Translations under genes and position numbers: made by a program
DNA from: an uncultured Planctomycetia bacterium
GTDB lineage: Bacteria; Planctomycetota; MHYJ01; WSZJ01; CAZYRM01
Reading direction: 5' to 3'
DNA: 64,000 nt
Assembly (NCBI GenBank): GCA_964649705.1
Contig: CAZYRM010000015.1
Coordinates: 1,119-65,118, forward strand
The notes under the pieces: generated by a model
The model's input: only the letters and a program-made list of their open reading frames with translations
Told to the model about the DNA's origin: nothing
The model's database searches: none
In this document: positions 53,134-63,211 of the stretch, piece by piece
How the letters are laid out: the number at the start of each line of letters is the position of its first letter
Numbering within the stretch: the stretch's first letter is position 1

Positions 53134-53167
53134 GTACTTTCCATCTGGCCGGCCAGATGGAAAGTAC
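53134..53167. repeat. Perfect 34-bp palindrome with no loop
   Basis: GTACTTTCCATCTGGCC|GGCCAGATGGAAAGTAC, between convergent genes. Confidence 0.95.
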
Positions 53168-53215
53168 ACTTGCGTGGCTTCCAGGCCGCTTCGGGGTCGA
53201 CGCCGTCGAGCGAGC

Positions 53216-53698
53216 CTACTCTCCCGCGGCGGTGAGGGCGCGCTGAAGGATGGCCGGGTCGATCCGGAATCCGAACGCGAGGAGTCGGTCCGTCTCCGCC
53301 TTCAGGCTTGGAACGAGTCCGTTCCTCTTCCCCAGGATCAGGATACCCAGCGTTCCGAGGAGGACGAGACCGATCGCCTTGGCTGACGCCCGTGCGGACC
53401 GCTCATCGATGAGGACGCGGTCGGCGCCGACCTCTTTTGCGAGCGCAAGAGCATCCGCCTCGCCATCGTCGAGGCGTGAACGGAGAGACAGCGCGAGGGA
53501 CGGGTCCGACAGGTCCGTCCGCGCGATCCACACGGCCCGAGCTACCTCCGCGCCCCCTGGGCGTCCGCTCCCCTCCTCGACGACTTCTCGCCAGACTGCT
53601 GGAGGGACATAGACCTGACCGAATTTCGCGGGAAGGATGCCGAGTCGCCCGATCCCTCCCAGCGCGATCAGGACGGAGGAGTTGCTGACGACTTTCAT
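53216..53698 (-). CDS. DUF3368 (PIN-like) protein
   Basis: VVSNSSVLIAL, LDDGEADALALA, LIDE, GTLGIL. Confidence 0.9.
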   Translation of the reverse strand: MKVVSNSSVLIALGGIGRLGILPAKFGQVYVPPAVWREVVEEGSGRPGGAEVARAVWIARTDLSDPSLALSLRSRLDDGEADALALAKEVGADRVLIDERSARASAKAIGLVLLGTLGILILGKRNGLVPSLKAETDRLLAFGFRIDPAILQRALTAAGE

Positions 53699-53955
53699 CG
53701 CAATCCCTGGATCGCGGAGAGGTCATCCTCGAGATCTTCGAGGGCATACGAACGAACGACGCCCTCACGAGCCAGAAGTTCGTGGAACTGCCACCGCGTG
53801 AGTCCCGAGAGACGACGCGCGGGCCCGAGGTTCAGGATCCCCTTGGCGTACAATCGAATTGCCAGTTCTTGGCGCAGGCGGTCTGCCCTCTCAGCCTCGG
53901 GCAGGTTCATCCCCGCCATGACGTCTTCTGGAATCTCCAGCACGATCTTGCCCAT
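53695..53955 (-). CDS. UPF0175 family putative antitoxin
   Basis: ELAIRLYAKG.L.LG.ARRLSGL.RW.F..LL; overlaps DUF3368 by 4 nt. Confidence 0.88.
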   Translation of the reverse strand: MGKIVLEIPEDVMAGMNLPEAERADRLRQELAIRLYAKGILNLGPARRLSGLTRWQFHELLAREGVVRSYALEDLEDDLSAIQGLR

Positions 53956-54115
53956 GGATCGCCCCCGGCGGCTGACGGCACATTGTATCCCAACGATCAG
54001 GATTCTAATCCGGCCCGTGCGGGCGCGCCAGCCCCTTCCCGTCTGTCAGCGGCGCTCGCGCGAGGGAAACAGCGACCGCAATGAGACCGTCGGATTGCAC
54101 GAGGCTGTGGAGAGC

Positions 54116-54748
54116 TCAGTCGGAGCTCGCCCTCTCCCACGTTCCCCTCGAGCTGTTGAAGCTGTGCGTGCTCCAGCCTGAGCTGAACCGGAGGAGATAC
54201 CCCCCGCTCTTGCTCTTCCCATACCAGAGAGGAAAGTGCTCGTCCTCCACCTCGGCCGTCTTCCATCTCCCTCCCAGCTCGTCGAGCTCTTTCGGGTAGT
54301 CCCCCCGCAATCGACGGAAGTCCTCGAGGGCCGCCATGGTCTCGTCACCGAACGCCCAGGTAACGTCGAGTCTCTGTCGCCAGATCCAGCGACCTGTGGC
54401 ATGGCCGGCGAACGAGCACAAGACGATGAGCATCCAGAGGAAGACCATCGCCGAGCGGAGCCGCTCGGCGCGACATCCTCTCCGTCCGAAGAGGACCGCG
54501 AAGCCTAGTCGATCCGGCGGACATCCTCTCAGTCCAACAAGAAGCGCCAGGCACGCCACCCCGATGATCGGGCACTCCACCGGGACGACGTACCTCATGA
54601 ACACGCCGGCTCCCGAGCCCGCGTAGCAGACATGGCTGATGACCGCCGCCGCTACGACTCCCAAGGCCAGGAAGATGACGCACCCGATCGCCTGCTCGTC
54701 GACCGGGGGAGAGGGGGGACTTGCGGCGTCCGTCGATTCATCCGTCAT
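54116..54748 (-). CDS. Hypothetical membrane protein
   Basis: Three TM segments, then LEDFRRLRGDYPKELDEL. Confidence 0.65.
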   Translation of the reverse strand: MTDESTDAASPPSPPVDEQAIGCVIFLALGVVAAAVISHVCYAGSGAGVFMRYVVPVECPIIGVACLALLVGLRGCPPDRLGFAVLFGRRGCRAERLRSAMVFLWMLIVLCSFAGHATGRWIWRQRLDVTWAFGDETMAALEDFRRLRGDYPKELDELGGRWKTAEVEDEHFPLWYGKSKSGGYLLRFSSGWSTHSFNSSRGTWERASSD

Positions 54749-54901
54749 GACAGGCCTCTGCGACGGAGTCTACCACGTACTCCCTTTCGTTGTTCGAGGG
54801 CTGCGCTCGGCGGTGGTGGACGCTGGATTCCTGATTCGGGGTTCCGATCCTCGACCGCTCACCTCGAATCCCTGGCTCGGAAGGAACTTCCAGAATTGGG
54901 A

Positions 54902-54939
54902 TTCTGTTGAGAACTGCGTGTTGAGAAATGAGGATTCCC
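54902..54939. repeat. Solo arm of the heptamer palindrome family
   Basis: ttctgttgagaactgcgtgttgagaaatgaggattccc closely matches 4994-5031. Confidence 0.75.
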
Positions 54940-55029
54940 CTCCCTCCCGCCTCCCTCCGATCCGGCTTCCCGATTGACTCCGGACTCGCTCCATGCTAGT
55001 TTCCCGCCTCACTTTCCGGCGAGAACCGC

Positions 55030-56136
55030 ATGCCCAAGAACATCTACATCACCGCGACGAGGGAGAACCAGGGGAAGACCGCCGTCACCCTCGGCCTGAC
55101 CTCCGCGTTCTGCCGCAAGCTCAAGAACATCGGCTTCATCAAGCCCATCGGCCGCATCCCCAAGGGCTCTCCGCGACACCGCGTCGACGAGGACACCCTC
55201 CTCATCGAGAAGGCCTGCTCGGTCCACTGCAGCATCGAGGACATGAACCCCGTCACCTTCACCCCGGGGTTCCCTCACGCCTTCACGACGAAGGCCTCCC
55301 AGGACGAGAACATCGGCAAGGTCTGGAACGCCTACAAGCGCGTCGCCGAGGGGAAGGAGCTCGTCGTCATCGAGGGGACCGGCCACGCCGCCGAGGGCGC
55401 CGTGTTCGGCCTCTCCAACGCCCTCCTCGCCAAGGTCTGCGAGGCCAAGGTCCTCCTCGTCACCGCCGGCGGCATCGGCCAGCCCGTCGACGATGTCCTC
55501 CTCAACAGCGCCTACTACCAGAGGGAGGGCGTCGAGGTCCTCGGCGTCATCGTCAACAAGGTCCGCCCCAACGAGATGCAGGCCGTCGAGGAGACCACCC
55601 GCCGCATCCTCGAGGAGCGCGGGATCCGCTTCTTCGGCGCCATCCCCCAGGTCCCCGAGCTCGAGCAGTTCACCATGCTCCAGGTCCTCGAGGAGCTCGG
55701 CGGCGAGGTCCTCCACGGCGAGGGGCGCCTCTCCAACCGCGTCGGCCGCATCATGGTCGGCGCCATGACCGCCCACAACGCCATCGAGCACTTCCACGAC
55801 CAGGAGGTCCTCCTCGTCGTCCCCGGGGACCGCGACGACCTCATCCTCGCCGCGCTCGTCTCCGCGTTCATCGACCGCGACCGCGGGTTCGCGCTCTCGG
55901 GGATCGTCCTCTCGGGAGGCATGCGCCCGAGCCCGACGCTCGTCGACATGATCCGGCGCGTCCAGGTCCCCGTGATCCTCGCGCCGAACGACAGCTTCAC
56001 CACGGCCACCGACATCCACTCGATCGTCGTGAGGATCTCGCCCTTCGACAAGGAGCGCATCCAGACGATCATCGATCAGGTCGCCGTGCACGTCCGCGCC
56101 GACGAGATCCTCGCCCTGCTGGGGGACCGGCGCTAG
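55030..56136 (+). CDS. AAA_26/DRTGG domain protein (phosphotransacetylase N-terminal-like)
   Basis: QGKTAV, FIKPIG, VVIEGTGH, VPGDRDD. Confidence 0.88.
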   Translation: MPKNIYITATRENQGKTAVTLGLTSAFCRKLKNIGFIKPIGRIPKGSPRHRVDEDTLLIEKACSVHCSIEDMNPVTFTPGFPHAFTTKASQDENIGKVWNAYKRVAEGKELVVIEGTGHAAEGAVFGLSNALLAKVCEAKVLLVTAGGIGQPVDDVLLNSAYYQREGVEVLGVIVNKVRPNEMQAVEETTRRILEERGIRFFGAIPQVPELEQFTMLQVLEELGGEVLHGEGRLSNRVGRIMVGAMTAHNAIEHFHDQEVLLVVPGDRDDLILAALVSAFIDRDRGFALSGIVLSGGMRPSPTLVDMIRRVQVPVILAPNDSFTTATDIHSIVVRISPFDKERIQTIIDQVAVHVRADEILALLGDRR

Positions 56137-56152
56137 CGCGACGGAGGGTGCC

Positions 56153-56956
56153 ATGACGACGCTTGCTGTCTCCGGGGCGCTCGGACGTATGGGCGGCCGC
56201 GTCATCGCCCTCGCCCACGAGGCCCCCGACCTCCGCGTGACCACCGCGATCGAGCGCGAGGGGCACCCGCTCCTCGGCCAGGACCCCGGGCCGTACCTCG
56301 GGATCGGCCCCCTCGGCTCGCCCCTCACCTCCGAGCTCACGAGCCGCGTCGACGTCCTCATCGACTTCTCCACGCCCGACGCAACGATGGAGCGCCTCCG
56401 CGACTGCATCGCGCACCGGACCGCCCTTCTCGTCGGGACCACCGGCCTCTCCGAGGACCAGATGTCGCGGATCCGCCAGGCCGCCTCCGCCATCCCCTGC
56501 CTCGTCTCTCCGAACATGAGCGTCGGCGTGAACGTCCTCTACCAGGTCGTCAGCGAGGCCGCGAGGCTCCTGGGACAGGGGTACGACGTCGAGGTGATCG
56601 AGGCGCACCACCGGTTCAAGAAGGATGCCCCGAGCGGGACGGCGCTTAGGATTGCCCGGGTGATTGCCGCCGCCCTCGGCCGGGACGTCGCCAAGGAGAG
56701 CGTCTACGGGAGGCACGGGAACTCCGCGGAGCGCTCCCAGACCGAGATCGGGATCCACTCCATCCGGGCCGGGGACATCGCGGGCGACCACACGGTGATC
56801 TTCTCCAACCTCGGGGAACGGCTTGAGATTACGCACCGGGCCCATTCGAGGGACACCTTCGCGCGAGGCGCCCTGCGCGCGGCGAAGTTCCTGGCGGAGG
56901 CCAAGCCCGGCTTCTACCACATCGACGAGGCCCTCGGATTGAACCAGCCCGGGTAG
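56153..56956 (+). CDS. dapB: 4-hydroxy-tetrahydrodipicolinate reductase
   Basis: GALGRMG, DFSTP, VGTTG, SPNMSVGVN, EAHHRFKKDAPSGTA, FARGAL. Confidence 0.97.
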   Translation: MTTLAVSGALGRMGGRVIALAHEAPDLRVTTAIEREGHPLLGQDPGPYLGIGPLGSPLTSELTSRVDVLIDFSTPDATMERLRDCIAHRTALLVGTTGLSEDQMSRIRQAASAIPCLVSPNMSVGVNVLYQVVSEAARLLGQGYDVEVIEAHHRFKKDAPSGTALRIARVIAAALGRDVAKESVYGRHGNSAERSQTEIGIHSIRAGDIAGDHTVIFSNLGERLEITHRAHSRDTFARGALRAAKFLAEAKPGFYHIDEALGLNQPG

Positions 56957-56968
56957 CCGGGCCTTTTT
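56947..56968 (+). terminator. Intrinsic terminator after dapB
   Basis: GCCCGG-GTAG-CCGGGC followed by CTTTTT. Confidence 0.75.
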
Positions 56969-56970
56969 GC

Positions 56971-56999
56971 TTGCATAAACCCTCTCGGGACTTATAAAT
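56971..56999 (+). promoter_or_regulatory. Possible sigma70-type promoter for the HU/IHF gene and sucC
   Basis: TTGCAT, 16-17 nt spacer, TATAAAT; AGGAG RBS before GTG 57030. Confidence 0.45.
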
Positions 57000-57029
57000 A
57001 GCGGCGACTCATCAGGTAGGAGACGGAGC

Positions 57030-57302
57030 GTGACCAAGAAGGACATCGTCAAGACCCTGGCCGACAAGTTCGGCCTCTCCCAGGTCGACGCAAAGAAGGT
57101 CGTGCAAGGGACCTTCGATTCGATCATCGACACCCTCCTCGAGGTGGGGCGGATCGAGCTCCGGAACTTCGGCGTCTTCGAGGTGAAGACGAGGAAGCCT
57201 CGGAAAGCGCGTAACCCCAGGACGGGCGAGGAGGTGATGGTCCCGGAGAAGAAGGTCGTGACCTTCAAGCCGGGCCGTCTGATGGAAGAGAGGATCAAGT
57301 AG
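57030..57302 (+). CDS. HU/IHF family DNA-binding protein
   Basis: [23 protein letters not shown]. Confidence 0.95.
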   Translation: MTKKDIVKTLADKFGLSQVDAKKVVQGTFDSIIDTLLEVGRIELRNFGVFEVKTRKPRKARNPRTGEEVMVPEKKVVTFKPGRLMEERIK

Positions 57303-57304
57303 GG

Positions 57305-58465
57305 ATGAACCTCCACGAGTTCCAGGCGAAGGACCTCGTTGCGCGGCACGGCATTCCCACGCTCAAGGGGAAGGTCGCCACGACCCCGTCCGAGGCGGCG
57401 AAGGGGTTCACGGACCTCGGCGTCGCGACGGCCGTCGTGAAGGCGCAGGTCCACGCGGGGGGACGCGGGAAGGCGGGGGGGATCATCACCGCGAAGAGCG
57501 CCGCCGAGGCGGAGGCCGCCGCGGCGAAGCTGCTCGGGAAGCCGCTGGTCACGTACCAGAGCGGGCCGGCGGGGAAGATGGTCCGCAGCGTGCTCATCGA
57601 GGAGTGCGCCACGGCCGAGCGCGAGCTGTACGCGGGGATCGTGATCGACCGCAAGTCGTTCCGCCCGGCGCTGATCGCCTCCTCCGAGGGGGGAGTCGAG
57701 ATCGAGGTCGTCGCGCAGCGCTCCCCGGAGAAGATCCTGAAGGAGGAGATCCACGGGGGTCTCGGCCTCCAGCCGTTCCAGACTCGGCGCCTCGCGAAGG
57801 CGCTGGGGCTGTCGGGGGAGCTGTTCAAGCAGGCGACCGGCGTGTTCCTCGGGATGGCGCGCCTCTTCCAGGCGTGCGACGCGAGCCTCCTCGAAATCAA
57901 CCCGCTCTCGGTGGTGCCGGGCCGCGGGCTGGTCGCGCTCGACGCGAAGGTGAACCTCGACGACCGGGCCCTCTTCCGCCACGACGACCTCATGAAGATG
58001 AGGGACATCGAGCAGGAGGACCCGATGGAGGTCGAGGCCTCGAACATCGGGATCTCGTACGTCAGCCTCGACGGGAACATCGGGTGCATGGTGAACGGCG
58101 CGGGGCTGGCGATGTCGACGATGGACCTGATCAAGTACGCGGGCGGCGCGCCGTCGAACTTCCTGGACGTCGGCGGGGGGGCCACGAAGGAGCAGGTGAC
58201 GTCGGCCTTCCGGCTCATCCTCTCGAACCCGAAGGTGAAGGGGATCCTCGTCAACATCTTCGGGGGGATCATGAAGTGCGACGTGATCGCGCAGGGGATC
58301 ACGGACGCGGTGAAGGAGATGGGCCTCAAGGTGCCGCTCGTCGTCCGCCTGGAGGGCACGAACGTGGAGGCGGGCCGCGCCATCCTCAGGGGGTCGGGGT
58401 TGAACCTCGTCGCGGCCGCGGACATGAAGGACGCGGCGGAGAAAATCGTCAAGGCCGTGGGGTAG
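57305..58465 (+). CDS. sucC: Succinyl-CoA ligase (ADP-forming) beta subunit
   Basis: [58 protein letters not shown]. Confidence 0.97.
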   Translation: MNLHEFQAKDLVARHGIPTLKGKVATTPSEAAKGFTDLGVATAVVKAQVHAGGRGKAGGIITAKSAAEAEAAAAKLLGKPLVTYQSGPAGKMVRSVLIEECATAERELYAGIVIDRKSFRPALIASSEGGVEIEVVAQRSPEKILKEEIHGGLGLQPFQTRRLAKALGLSGELFKQATGVFLGMARLFQACDASLLEINPLSVVPGRGLVALDAKVNLDDRALFRHDDLMKMRDIEQEDPMEVEASNIGISYVSLDGNIGCMVNGAGLAMSTMDLIKYAGGAPSNFLDVGGGATKEQVTSAFRLILSNPKVKGILVNIFGGIMKCDVIAQGITDAVKEMGLKVPLVVRLEGTNVEAGRAILRGSGLNLVAAADMKDAAEKIVKAVG

Positions 58466-58515
58466 CGCCCTGGCAGAGCCAGCCCGCTGGCGCCTGCCCC
58501 GCAGACGGCCCCGGA

Positions 58516-58546
58516 GTCCCGCCCCCCGGGGCGGGACGTTTCATTT
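58516..58546 (+). terminator. Putative terminator after sucC
   Basis: GTCCCGCCCC-CC-GGGGCGGGAC followed by GTTTCATTT. Confidence 0.6.
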
Positions 58547-58558
58547 CGGGAGGGATCC

Positions 58559-59347
58559 ATGGGACGCGCGATCCTCGCTTGTCTCCTCGCGGCGCCGCTC
58601 CTGGCGCAGGACTTGAAGATCGAGAACCTCCGGTTGATGGAGTCCGAGCACGGGCTTCCGAAGCGGGAGGCGACGGTGGCGCCGGGGGAGAACCTGGTGC
58701 TCCTGTTCGACGTGGCGGGCCTGAAGCGCGAGGGCGTGTCGATGACGCTCAAGCTGACGCTCGACGTCGTCGACCCGGCGGGCGCGACGGCGCATCACTG
58801 GGAGAGCGACGAGACGCGCGCGACGGACCTGCTGGGCGGGGCCTCGCAGCCGGGGTCGGTGTGGTACGGATTCCCGACGGAAGCGATGAAGGGGACCTAC
58901 ACGGCGAAGGTCACGGTGGAGGACGTCGCGACCAGGGCGCAGGCGACGGCGAGCGTGCAGGTCACGCTGGCGGACGCGAGGCTCTCGGTGGTGAACCTGG
59001 GGCTGACGTCGGACCCGACGGGACAGCTCCCCCACGGGCGGGTCCTGGTGGAGCGGGAGGTCGTCTTCGTCGACTTCTTCGTGGCGGGCCTGAAGATCGT
59101 GGAGGGGAAGGCGCGGTTCCAGGAGGACCTGGTGCTGCTGGACGAGGGGGGATCGGTGGTGGGGTGGCTGCCGAACGCGGTGGAACAGGAGCTCAAGATG
59201 CTGACCCTGGTCGCGCCGGTGCAGAACCGCCTCACGCTGCCGCGGGCGGGGAAGTACCGGGTGAAGGTCGTGGTCCGGGACCTGAACGCCGAGGGGACGA
59301 AGGCGGAGCACGTCCTGCCGATCGAGGTCGTCCCGGCGCCGAAGTAG
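58559..59347 (+). CDS. Secreted two-domain beta-sandwich (Ig-like) protein, paralog 1
   Basis: Signal peptide; two internal repeats; ends EVVPAPK. Confidence 0.75.
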   Translation: MGRAILACLLAAPLLAQDLKIENLRLMESEHGLPKREATVAPGENLVLLFDVAGLKREGVSMTLKLTLDVVDPAGATAHHWESDETRATDLLGGASQPGSVWYGFPTEAMKGTYTAKVTVEDVATRAQATASVQVTLADARLSVVNLGLTSDPTGQLPHGRVLVEREVVFVDFFVAGLKIVEGKARFQEDLVLLDEGGSVVGWLPNAVEQELKMLTLVAPVQNRLTLPRAGKYRVKVVVRDLNAEGTKAEHVLPIEVVPAPK

Positions 59348-59358
59348 GGGATTCACGG

Positions 59359-60141
59359 ATGAAGAAACTGCTGGCGGTCCTCCTCGTCTCGGGCGTCGCG
59401 GCGGGCGAGATCACGCTTGAGAACATGCGGATGGTCGTGTCGGACTACGGGCCGCAGAAGAAGGACGCCCGGTACGTGCCGGGGGAGAAGGTCTACCTGC
59501 TGTTCGACGCGGTCGGGGCGGAGGAGAAGGACGGGCAGGTCGCGTTCATCCTGCGGTTCGAGGCGCTGACGCCGAAGGGCGAGACGCTCGGGAAGTACGA
59601 TGGGGAGGAGCAGAAGGCGGCGGACGTCTTCGGGCGGGGGTCGATTCGCTGCTCGGTGTACGTGGGGCTTCCGCCGGACGCGCCGGCAGGGACGTACTCG
59701 GTGAACATCTCGGTCGAGGACCGGGTGGCGAAGAAGAAGGCGGAGACGAAGGTCGAGTTCGAGGTGGTGGCGACGGAGCTGACGACGATCAACGCGAAGC
59801 TCACGGTCGACCAGGCGGGGGAGAACGGTCACGGGCCGTTCGTGGCGGACGGGGAGTCGCTGTACCTCAGGTTCACGGTGGCGGGGCTGAAGACGGAGGG
59901 CGGGAAGGCGAAGCTCACGGTGAACCTGGTGATCCTGGACGGGGCGGGGAAGGAGCTCCGCACGGTGCCGTACTTCGTCGACGCCGAGGTCGAGGTGGCG
60001 GACGGGCTCGTCCACGTGCCGATGGGGATCCACTTCACGGGGCGCGGGAAGTACACGGTGCGGGGGGTCGTCAAGGACCTCCTGGCGGGGACGGAGACGA
60101 CCTGCGACTACCCGGTGCACATCCTCGCGCCGCCGAAGTAG
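59359..60141 (+). CDS. Secreted two-domain beta-sandwich (Ig-like) protein, paralog 2
   Basis: MKKLLAVLLVSG signal; alignable with paralog 1; ends ILAPPK. Confidence 0.75.
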   Translation: MKKLLAVLLVSGVAAGEITLENMRMVVSDYGPQKKDARYVPGEKVYLLFDAVGAEEKDGQVAFILRFEALTPKGETLGKYDGEEQKAADVFGRGSIRCSVYVGLPPDAPAGTYSVNISVEDRVAKKKAETKVEFEVVATELTTINAKLTVDQAGENGHGPFVADGESLYLRFTVAGLKTEGGKAKLTVNLVILDGAGKELRTVPYFVDAEVEVADGLVHVPMGIHFTGRGKYTVRGVVKDLLAGTETTCDYPVHILAPPK

Positions 60142-60144
60142 GGG

Positions 60145-61479
60145 CTACGACCGCTTCTTCTTCCGGCGGCGATCGCCGAAGTGGCTCTTGCCGCGCAGCA
60201 GGTGGTGGTAGTGCTGCGCGAAGCGGTGCGCCTCGTCACGGACGTACTGCAGCAGCCTGAACCCCGGCGCGTGCTTGTCCGGCGTCAGCGGCTCGTCCGT
60301 CGACGCGACGAACAGGTGGTCCCCCTCGTGCTTCGCCAGCGCCACCACGAACGGCGGCGCAATCCCCTGGGCCTGGAACTCCGCCAGCACCGCGTTCCGG
60401 TGACCCAGCCCTCCATCGATCAAGAGCACGTCCGGGAAGACCTGCTCCTCCTCCACCAGTTTCGTGAACCTCCTCCTCACCACCTCCCGCATCATCGCGT
60501 AGTCGTCGATCCCCTCCACCCCCTTGATCTTGAACCTCCGGTACCCGCTCTTGAACGGCACCCCGTCCACGAACGACACCAGCGACCCCACCGCCTCGTC
60601 CCCTTGCAGGTGCGCGATGTCCATCCCCTCGATCGTCCTCGGCGGCGCCATCAGCCCCAGCACCTCCTGAAGGCTCCCCAGGCTCTTCCGAGGGTCGATC
60701 GGCACCAGGTCCCCCTCGTACACGTCCGCCAGCGTGCCGCGCTCCGCCAGCCTACGGATCGCCTGGACCTGGTTCCGGTACGACGCGGCCGACTCGAAGT
60801 CGAGCTTCGCGGCCGACTCCTTCATGCGCGCGTCCAACTCCGCCAGCAGCTCCTTCCGCCCCCCTTGCAGGAACTTCCGGAACGACGCGATGTCCTCCGC
60901 GTACTTCTCCTTCGGGATGTGCGCCGCGCAGGGCGCCGTGCACATCTTGATGTTCCACAGGATGCACGGGCGGTAGAACCGCCGCTTCTCATCCCCCTCC
61001 TGGATCTCCAGCTCGCACGTGCGGTACTTGAACACCCCCTGCAAGATCCTCACCGCCGCCCTGAGGTCGCTCGCGCTCGCGAACGGCCCGAAGTAGCTGA
61101 ACTTCGCCTGGTCGCGCTCCCGCGTGATGAGCACGCGCGGGAAGTCCTCCCCCTTCGAGACCGCCAGCAGCGGCCGCGACTTGTCGTCCTTCAGGTCCGT
61201 GTTGTACTTCGGCTGGATGTCCTTCACGAGGCGCGCCTCCATCAGGAGCGCGTCCACCTCGCTCTCGGCCTCGATGTGCTCGACGTCCGTCACCAGCGCC
61301 ACCATCGCGCGGATCTTCGGCGCGAGGTCGGCGCCCGCGTGGAAGTAGCTCGACACGCGGTCCTTCAGGCTCTTCGCCTTCCCGATGTACAGCACTCGGC
61401 CCTTATCGTCCCGCATCAGGTAGACGCCGGGCGCCGTCGGCAGCGAGGCCACCTTCTCCTTCAGCGCGTCTCGGTCCAT
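60145..61479 (-). CDS. uvrC: Excinuclease ABC subunit C
   Basis: PGVYLM...YIGKAKSLKDRVSSYF (GIY-YIG), UVR domain, IEGMDIAH, LIDGG.GH, RDEAHRFA. Confidence 0.93.
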   Translation of the reverse strand: MDRDALKEKVASLPTAPGVYLMRDDKGRVLYIGKAKSLKDRVSSYFHAGADLAPKIRAMVALVTDVEHIEAESEVDALLMEARLVKDIQPKYNTDLKDDKSRPLLAVSKGEDFPRVLITRERDQAKFSYFGPFASASDLRAAVRILQGVFKYRTCELEIQEGDEKRRFYRPCILWNIKMCTAPCAAHIPKEKYAEDIASFRKFLQGGRKELLAELDARMKESAAKLDFESAASYRNQVQAIRRLAERGTLADVYEGDLVPIDPRKSLGSLQEVLGLMAPPRTIEGMDIAHLQGDEAVGSLVSFVDGVPFKSGYRRFKIKGVEGIDDYAMMREVVRRRFTKLVEEEQVFPDVLLIDGGLGHRNAVLAEFQAQGIAPPFVVALAKHEGDHLFVASTDEPLTPDKHAPGFRLLQYVRDEAHRFAQHYHHLLRGKSHFGDRRRKKKRS

Positions 61480-61540
61480 GGTCGTTCCATCCTACCGCGG
61501 CGTTCGGGTAGAATCGACCCCCCGTCGCCGAGGGAGACGC

Positions 61541-63211
61541 ATGCCCCGCCGCAAGGAAGTCCGCCCCGAGCTCTCCGAGGCCGACGTCGCCTTCGTGAAG
61601 GACCTCGTCCTCGACCACGAGGCCCGCCGCGCGCCGCTCCTCGAGGTCATGCACCGCCTCCAGGACCGCTGCGGGTTCCTCCCCGACCCCATGCTGCGCG
61701 AGTTCGCGTACCATTCGCGCCTCCCGCTCTTCGCCCTCCAGAGCTTCGTCTCCTTCTACTCGAACTTCCACACGACCCCCGACCGCCCCGTCGAGGTCGG
61801 CGTCTGCGAGAGCCTCACGTGCCACCTGAAGGGGGCCAAGGCCCTCCACCACCTCGCCGACGAGGTCGCGCGCGAGTTTCCCGGCAAGGTCGTCGTCCGC
61901 GGCTACTCCTGCCTCGGTCAGTGCGACGGCGCGCCCGCGTGCATCCTCAACCGCGCCGCCGTCCTCCGCGCCCCCGACGCCAGGGTCCTCCGAGGCGCCA
62001 TCGACTCCACGATCGAGTCGGAGCCCTCCACGATCGCCGTCTCCTGGCAGGACCTCGTCGCGTACCGTCGCGGAGGCGGCTACGCGACGCTCGAGGAGGT
62101 CCGCCGGCGAAGCGACCCCGCGTGGGTCATCGCGAAGCTCAAGGAGTCCGGCCTCCGCGGGATGGGCGGCGCGGGCTTCGGCGCCGGCTCGAAGTGGGAC
62201 TTCGTCGCGAAGGCGCCCGGCTCGCCGAAGTACGTCGTCGTCAACGCCGACGAGGGGGAGCCCGGGACGTTCAAGGACCGCCAGGTGCTGGAGCAGACGC
62301 CGCACGCGGTGCTCGAAGGCGTCCTCATCGCCTGTGCGACGCTCGGCGCGCCCGACGCGTACGTCTACGTCCGCCACGAGTACCCCCAGGCGAAGCAGGT
62401 CCTCCTCGCCGCGATCGAGGAGCTCTCCGTCGAGGGGATCCTCGGTCCGTCGCGCATCCACGTCGTCACCGGGGCGGGAGCCTACATCTGCGGCGAGGAG
62501 ACCGCGCTCCTGGAGAGCATGGAGGGGAAGCGCGGCGAGCCGCGTCTCAAGCCTCCCTTCCCCGCGCAGTCCGGCCTGTGGGGGAAGCCGACGCTCATCA
62601 ACAACGTCGAGACGTTCGCGTACGTCCCCCAGGCCCTGCGAGGCGAGTACGGCCGAGTCAGGATGTACTCGCTCTCGGGCGACGTCGAGCGCCCCGGCGT
62701 GTACACCCTCCCCCTGAAGACGACCGCGCGCGAGCTGATCGAGACGCACGGGGGGACCCCCGCCTCCAAGGTGAAGGCCTTCTTCCCCGGAGGCGTCTCC
62801 GCGACGCCCCTCCCCAGGACGCTCCTCGACGTCCCGCTCGACTTCGACTCCCTCGCGCAGGCCGGCTCGATGGCGGGGAGCGGGGCCGTGATCGTGGTGG
62901 GGAGCCACCGCTGCATCCTCGACGTCGTCCTCAACACGACCGCGTTCTTCGCGCACGAATCGTGCGGAAAGTGCACCCCGTGCCGCGTCGGAACCGAGAA
63001 GATGCTTCAGATGCTCGAACGCATGCGCAGGGGACAGGGCATCAAGTCCGACGTCGATCTCATGAACGAGCTATCGGCCACCATGGACCAGGGGTCGATC
63101 TGCGGTCTCGGACAGGCCGCGCCCAACCCCGTCCTCGCGGCGCTGAGGACCTGGCGCGAGGAGATGGAGGCCCACGTCTCGGGGCGCTGCCCCGCCGGGG
63201 TCTGCCGATGA
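61541..63211 (+). CDS. NuoE-NuoF-like fusion (NADH-binding diaphorase subunit of an NAD-linked dehydrogenase)
   Basis: VCESLTC...CLGQC 2Fe-2S motif; GLRGMGGAGF, NADEGEPGTFKDR, GAYICGEETAL, ESCGKCTPCR..ICGLG. Confidence 0.92.
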   Translation: MPRRKEVRPELSEADVAFVKDLVLDHEARRAPLLEVMHRLQDRCGFLPDPMLREFAYHSRLPLFALQSFVSFYSNFHTTPDRPVEVGVCESLTCHLKGAKALHHLADEVAREFPGKVVVRGYSCLGQCDGAPACILNRAAVLRAPDARVLRGAIDSTIESEPSTIAVSWQDLVAYRRGGGYATLEEVRRRSDPAWVIAKLKESGLRGMGGAGFGAGSKWDFVAKAPGSPKYVVVNADEGEPGTFKDRQVLEQTPHAVLEGVLIACATLGAPDAYVYVRHEYPQAKQVLLAAIEELSVEGILGPSRIHVVTGAGAYICGEETALLESMEGKRGEPRLKPPFPAQSGLWGKPTLINNVETFAYVPQALRGEYGRVRMYSLSGDVERPGVYTLPLKTTARELIETHGGTPASKVKAFFPGGVSATPLPRTLLDVPLDFDSLAQAGSMAGSGAVIVVGSHRCILDVVLNTTAFFAHESCGKCTPCRVGTEKMLQMLERMRRGQGIKSDVDLMNELSATMDQGSICGLGQAAPNPVLAALRTWREEMEAHVSGRCPAGVCR

